Below, piece after piece: positions 15,450 through 18,493 of a DNA stretch of 18,493 nucleotides. A program made the translations under genes and the position numbers. The notes under the pieces are model-generated. The model was not told the origin of the DNA and ran no database searches. It was given only the letters and a program-made list of their open reading frames with translations. Positions within the stretch are counted from its first letter, which is position 1; each line of letters starts with the position of its first letter. The DNA lies in NCBI RefSeq assembly GCF_005869855.1, contig NZ_SZNH01000014.1, positions 90,447 to 108,939 of the forward strand, written 5' to 3'. Source of the stretch: Nostoc sp. PA-18-2419. Lineage in GTDB: Bacteria; Cyanobacteriota; Cyanobacteriia; Cyanobacteriales; Nostocaceae.

Positions 15450-15686
15450 ATGATTGTTCGTGTCCGATTTCTACCAGATGATGTCACAGTAGACGCCGAA
15501 GTAGGAGAAGCCCTTTTGGATGTAGCAGACCGGGCTGGAGTATTTATTCCCACTGGTTGTCTGATGGGATCTTGTTACGCTTGCAGCGTGGAATTAGAAA
15601 ATGGAGACAATATCCGTGCTTGTATCACGGTGATACCAGCACGCGAGGAATTAACAATTAATTTGTTTAGTGACCCAACTTGGTAG
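15450..15686 (+). CDS. Small (2Fe-2S)-binding ferredoxin-like protein
   Basis: The ORF track starts at TTG 15447, and the ATG is at 15450. The protein is 78 aa. The Cys pattern is C37-x4-C42-x2-C45-x12-C58 in the context TGCLMGSCYACSV...IRACI, a 2Fe-2S ligand arrangement. Confidence 0.7.
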   Translation: MIVRVRFLPDDVTVDAEVGEALLDVADRAGVFIPTGCLMGSCYACSVELENGDNIRACITVIPAREELTINLFSDPTW

Positions 15687-15738
15687 TTTGTTAACCCTCT
15701 AATACCAACTCTCCATGAAGATGCACCTAATATTTTTG

Positions 15739-15770
15739 CTCAGCTTCCCTGAGTGATTTTGTGTTTTTTA
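15739..15770 (+). terminator. Weak intrinsic terminator candidate after the ferredoxin gene
   Basis: A 5-bp stem pairs ctcag (15739-15743) with ctgag (15749-15753). It is followed by tgattttgtgtttttt, a strong T-run. Confidence 0.35.
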
Positions 15771-15810
15771 GCCTAAAATCCAGATGGTAGGAGCAATAAA
15801 AATTTTTTAC

Positions 15811-16752
15811 CTATTGTTTACGTCCTATTTTTATCTCTGACAATCTGAATTGTTCACCGACAAATGTCAAAGAATCAGCTAAATGTTCCCGCCAATATTT
15901 CCAAGTATGACTGCCTGGAAACTCACGGAATGAATGGTAAATTTTTAGTTTGTCTAGTACTTGAGAAAATTTTTCGGCTTCCTTGATTTCTTCTGTATCT
16001 GATTTACCAGAATCTAGATAGATTCTCAACTTTTTTTGGGCTTGTAGAGGAATAGTTTTAATATAAAATAATGGGCTATTTGTGGGGCCACTTTTATCTT
16101 CAAAATAACCACTATGACTAAATAAAATTGAGAAATTATTCAGATTGTGTAATCCTACATTAACTGCACCCCAACCACCAGAAGATAAACCACCTATCGC
16201 CCAAAAATCTGGGTTTTGTAGTGTACGATAACGGCTTTGTATAACTTTTACTAATTCATTGCCTACGGCTGTGGAGACTTTACCGTTAGGTCCATCGATA
16301 TATTCAGGATCTCGATAGGGACTAGAGCCGCGTTTGTCGTTGCCATCTGGTGTAATAATTATGCTAGGTGGCAACTTCCCTGTAGTATAAAGTTCTTGGA
16401 GAGTTTTGACAGCTTGTCCTTTATTTTCAGCAAACCAAGCAGTGGGATCGCCATGGCCTCCGTGGAGAAGAAAGATTACAGGATAGCTTCGTTTTGGGTT
16501 TTGCTGATAACCAGGGGGTAAAGAAACGCCGTAGGTACGACTTCCACCCATGACTTGACTGTTGTAAGTTTCAATTTTATAGCTGAGGGGAGTTGCCAAG
16601 TTGCTAGCATTCGGCTGGGATTGAACAAGGGAAGGCGTTGTTTGTAAGTTTTGCTGTAGCAGTGGTTTGGCGACGACACTTTGGGATAAATTACAGCTAA
16701 ATAGAGTTAATACCGAAAGTAACAAGAACATTTTCAATTGTTTATAGTTCAT
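15811..16752 (-). CDS. Secreted alpha/beta-hydrolase, 'putative esterase' (esterase D / enterochelin-esterase-like) family
   Basis: The ORF track begins at TTG 16785. The ATG at 16752 gives MNYKQLKMFLLLSVLTLFSC..., a signal peptide with a possible lipobox LFSC. YPVIFLLHGGHGDPTAWF and the nucleophile elbow GGLSSGGWGA (GxSxG) are typical of the PF00756-type esterase family. Confidence 0.75.
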   Translation of the reverse strand: MNYKQLKMFLLLSVLTLFSCNLSQSVVAKPLLQQNLQTTPSLVQSQPNASNLATPLSYKIETYNSQVMGGSRTYGVSLPPGYQQNPKRSYPVIFLLHGGHGDPTAWFAENKGQAVKTLQELYTTGKLPPSIIITPDGNDKRGSSPYRDPEYIDGPNGKVSTAVGNELVKVIQSRYRTLQNPDFWAIGGLSSGGWGAVNVGLHNLNNFSILFSHSGYFEDKSGPTNSPLFYIKTIPLQAQKKLRIYLDSGKSDTEEIKEAEKFSQVLDKLKIYHSFREFPGSHTWKYWREHLADSLTFVGEQFRLSEIKIGRKQ

Positions 16753-16891
16753 CTTTAAAGTGCATTGGGCAGTTAGTGCTAGCAATCAAAAGTTTATGCA
16801 AGTAATTTGTCAATGCTGTGTCAACACGATGGAAACTGTACGACTGGTTGTAAGTTAAAAATCAAGAGTTAGAATAAGTTTCTTTAGTAGG

Positions 16892-17821
16892 ATGCTCAAA
16901 AAGCTGCGACTTAATTTTAGTTCTTTGTTTGGCTTGCTGCTGCTGGTGCTTTCTTTATGGGCGATCGCTCACGAATTGCATGAGTATAATTATCGTGATA
17001 TCCTCAACTCTTTAGCAGTAATTCCCAAGAGTCGCTTAAGCTGGGCAATTTTGCTGACAGCTTTGGGCTATCTAGTGATGATTGGGTATGATATTTTGGG
17101 TTTTAACTACATTAATCGTTCTCTGAACTGGAACAAAATTGCTTTCACTAGCTTTATTAGTTCTGCATTTAGCAATACGATAGGTTTTGCTTTACTGACT
17201 GGCAGTGCTATCCGTTATCGATTTTATGCTAATTGGGGAGTCTCAGCAGTGGCGATCGCTCAAATAATTGCTTTTGCTAATTTTACTTTTTGGTTGGGGA
17301 TGTTTGCTGTTGCAGGTTTGTTATTTCTGATCAACCCCCTGGAGATTCCTACTCAATTACATTTACCTTTTGCCACTGTGCGTCCTATCGGTGTAATTTT
17401 TCTGTTATTAGTTACTGCTTATTTACTTGGAAGTATTGTTATTAAACAACCATTAATAATTCGTGGTCAAGAATTTCTATTTCCTTGTTTTAAAATATCC
17501 CTGGCTCAAATTGCAATTTCTAGTCTGGACTGGATTCTGGCGGCGGCAGTTCTTTATGCTGTGCTTCCTAAGATATCTTTGTCCTATCTGGACTTTTTGG
17601 GAATCTACTTACTAGCGATGTTTGCAGGTGTTGTTAGTAATGTTCCTGGGGGTTTGGGAGTATTTGAAACTATAATTTTGCTGTTTTTATCATCAAAAGT
17701 TTCGGCAGCGGCGGTTTTGGGTTCGCTGTTAGCTTATCGTGGTGTATATTATTTTTTACCTTTGCTAATTGCGGCAGGTTTGCTGGGAATCTATGAAATT
17801 AAATTTAGAGTCAGGGATTAG
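16892..17821 (+). CDS. Polytopic membrane protein, UPF0104 / lysyl-phosphatidylglycerol-synthase TM-region (MprF flippase-like, YbhN-like) family
   Basis: The protein is 309 aa with about 8 TM helices. The N-terminal pattern (a first TM, then HELHEYNYRDILNSLAVIPKSRLSWAILLTALGYLVMIGYD) and the later GGLGVFE motif resemble the LPG_synthase_TM family. No C-terminal aminoacyl-transferase domain is present. Confidence 0.6.
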   Translation: MLKKLRLNFSSLFGLLLLVLSLWAIAHELHEYNYRDILNSLAVIPKSRLSWAILLTALGYLVMIGYDILGFNYINRSLNWNKIAFTSFISSAFSNTIGFALLTGSAIRYRFYANWGVSAVAIAQIIAFANFTFWLGMFAVAGLLFLINPLEIPTQLHLPFATVRPIGVIFLLLVTAYLLGSIVIKQPLIIRGQEFLFPCFKISLAQIAISSLDWILAAAVLYAVLPKISLSYLDFLGIYLLAMFAGVVSNVPGGLGVFETIILLFLSSKVSAAAVLGSLLAYRGVYYFLPLLIAAGLLGIYEIKFRVRD

Positions 17822-17830
17822 GTTTTTTAA

Positions 17831-17920
17831 CGCATAGGCGCTTCTCTACAAGACGCTACGCGAACGCCTTCCCGCAGGGTAGGGAGGCAGAAGTAAGCGC
17901 AAAGGGACGCAGAGGTTTTG
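17831..17920. repeat. GC-rich small dispersed repeat downstream of the UPF0104 gene
   Basis: The sequence is cgcataggcgcttctctacaagacgctacgcgaacgccttcccgcagggtagggaggcagaagtaagcgcaaagggacgcagagg. It shares the exact 13-mer cttcccgcagggt (17867-17879) and the 9-mer agcgcaaag (17896-17904) with the 4141-4300 element. Its acgcagagg is the reverse complement of a word in the 7083-7160 element. Confidence 0.55.
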
Positions 17921-18036
17921 TTGGGAGTCGTTCCTTGATTTTTTGATAATTTATTTTGTTAGTTGTTCTTCATCACTTGTTTAGAGGCTGTTAGACTGAG
18001 AACCATAAGTAAAATTTCGTATATTTTGGCGAATTT

Positions 18037-18426
18037 ATGGAGCCAGTATCACTGACAGCAGCTGCGATCGCCACCTTGGTCATCACTAAAGCCTTTGAAA
18101 AAACTGGTGAAACCATCGGCGAAAAGGCTTGGCAGGAAGGTGAAAAGTTATTATTACTCTTGAAGCGCAAACAACCCAATACAGCCAATGCAATAGAACT
18201 GGCTCAAACACAACCTTTAGATTATGGTCAAGCGCATCTGGTTGAGCAAGTAGAACAAGCGGCAAACAAAGACCCGGAAATTGCTCAAGCTGTCGAGACG
18301 GTGGCGGATGCTGTAAAATCTCAACCCGCTATTATCCAGAATTTTACAAACACAGTTGATAAAAATTATGGCGGGAATGTCGGGAATGTTTCTCATGACA
18401 ACCGAACCCAAACTTTTAACTTCTGA
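18037..18426 (+). CDS. Small helical hypothetical protein resembling the N-terminal module of large cyanobacterial multidomain (STAND/protease-type) proteins
   Basis: The protein is 129 aa. It has an N-terminal hydrophobic/amphipathic helix MEPVSLTAAAIATLVITKAFEKTGETIGEKAW, a central acidic helical stretch (AIELAQTQPLDYGQAHLVEQVEQAANKDPEIAQAVETVADAVK) and an N/G/Q-rich tail ending in FNF. I recognise no enzymatic motif. The antisense ORFs on the other strand are shorter. Confidence 0.55.
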   Translation: MEPVSLTAAAIATLVITKAFEKTGETIGEKAWQEGEKLLLLLKRKQPNTANAIELAQTQPLDYGQAHLVEQVEQAANKDPEIAQAVETVADAVKSQPAIIQNFTNTVDKNYGGNVGNVSHDNRTQTFNF

Positions 18427-18493
18427 CTACAGCCGCCCGAAGGGGAACGGGTAAGGTCAAATCTTTCTACTGAAATACCGCAAAATTTGCCCC

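Noticed and set aside
1556-16785. Upstream TTG/GTG starts given by the ORF track (1556, 10081, 15447 and 16785).
   Set aside because: In each case an in-frame ATG a few codons downstream gives a more typical N-terminus: MSQQKP at 1595, MAPAVLIQNL at 10105, MIVRV at 15450 and the signal peptide MNYKQLKMFLLL at 16752. The extended versions add non-conserved-looking residues.
10364-18411. Remaining antisense ORFs: 10364-10663 (-), 12843-13088 (-), 16476-16679 (-), 17991-18188 (-) and 18217-18411 (-).
   Set aside because: Each is embedded in, or antisense to, a better-supported CDS and lacks recognisable motifs. For 17991-18188 and 18217-18411, the plus-strand 129-aa ORF is longer and has a coherent helical sequence.

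Overview
The window looks like an ordinary chromosomal segment from a filamentous, heterocyst-type (Nostocales-like) cyanobacterium. By eye it is roughly 40% GC. I verified at least 17 exact HIP1 octamers (GCGATCGC), for example at 300, 1328, 3875, 5328, 6579, 7722, 9385, 11778, 14492, 16961 and 18064. Almost every intergenic spacer carries STRR-style heptamer arrays or small GC-rich dispersed repeats.

I support 19 protein-coding genes in many short, mostly unrelated transcription units:
- a 5'-truncated cyclic-peptide-type ABC exporter
- a small Trp-rich membrane protein
- a GAF-GGDEF diguanylate cyclase
- the thioredoxin-like TxlA/HCF164 homologue
- a DUF3611-like membrane protein
- two tandem TspO/MBR paralogues
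- a VanX/DdpX-type D-Ala-D-Ala dipeptidase
- a fold-I Orn/Lys/Arg decarboxylase
- a choice-of-anchor-A surface protein with a PEP-CTERM sorting signal
- a DrrA/ABC-2 exporter pair followed by a small secreted Q/P-rich protein
- PrxQ/BCP peroxiredoxin
- a small conserved hypothetical protein
- cobyric acid synthase CobQ
- a mini 2Fe-2S ferredoxin
- a secreted esterase
- an MprF-TM-like (UPF0104) membrane protein
- a small helical protein at the 3' edge

I found no rRNA, tRNA, CRISPR array, transposase, integrase or recognisable defence operon. I do not see a convincing novel multi-gene system that lies fully inside the window. The items most worth a second look are:
- a ~67% GC, hairpin-rich ~160 nt intergenic element at 4141-4300
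- the orphan PEP-CTERM / choice-of-anchor-A gene
- the repeat-filled spacer that splits the ABC ATPase and permease genes
- the tandem TspO pair
- the small edge ORF at 18037-18426, which resembles the N-terminal module of large cyanobacterial STAND/protease proteins and may belong to something downstream of the window

All family assignments rest on motifs read by eye. No searches were run.
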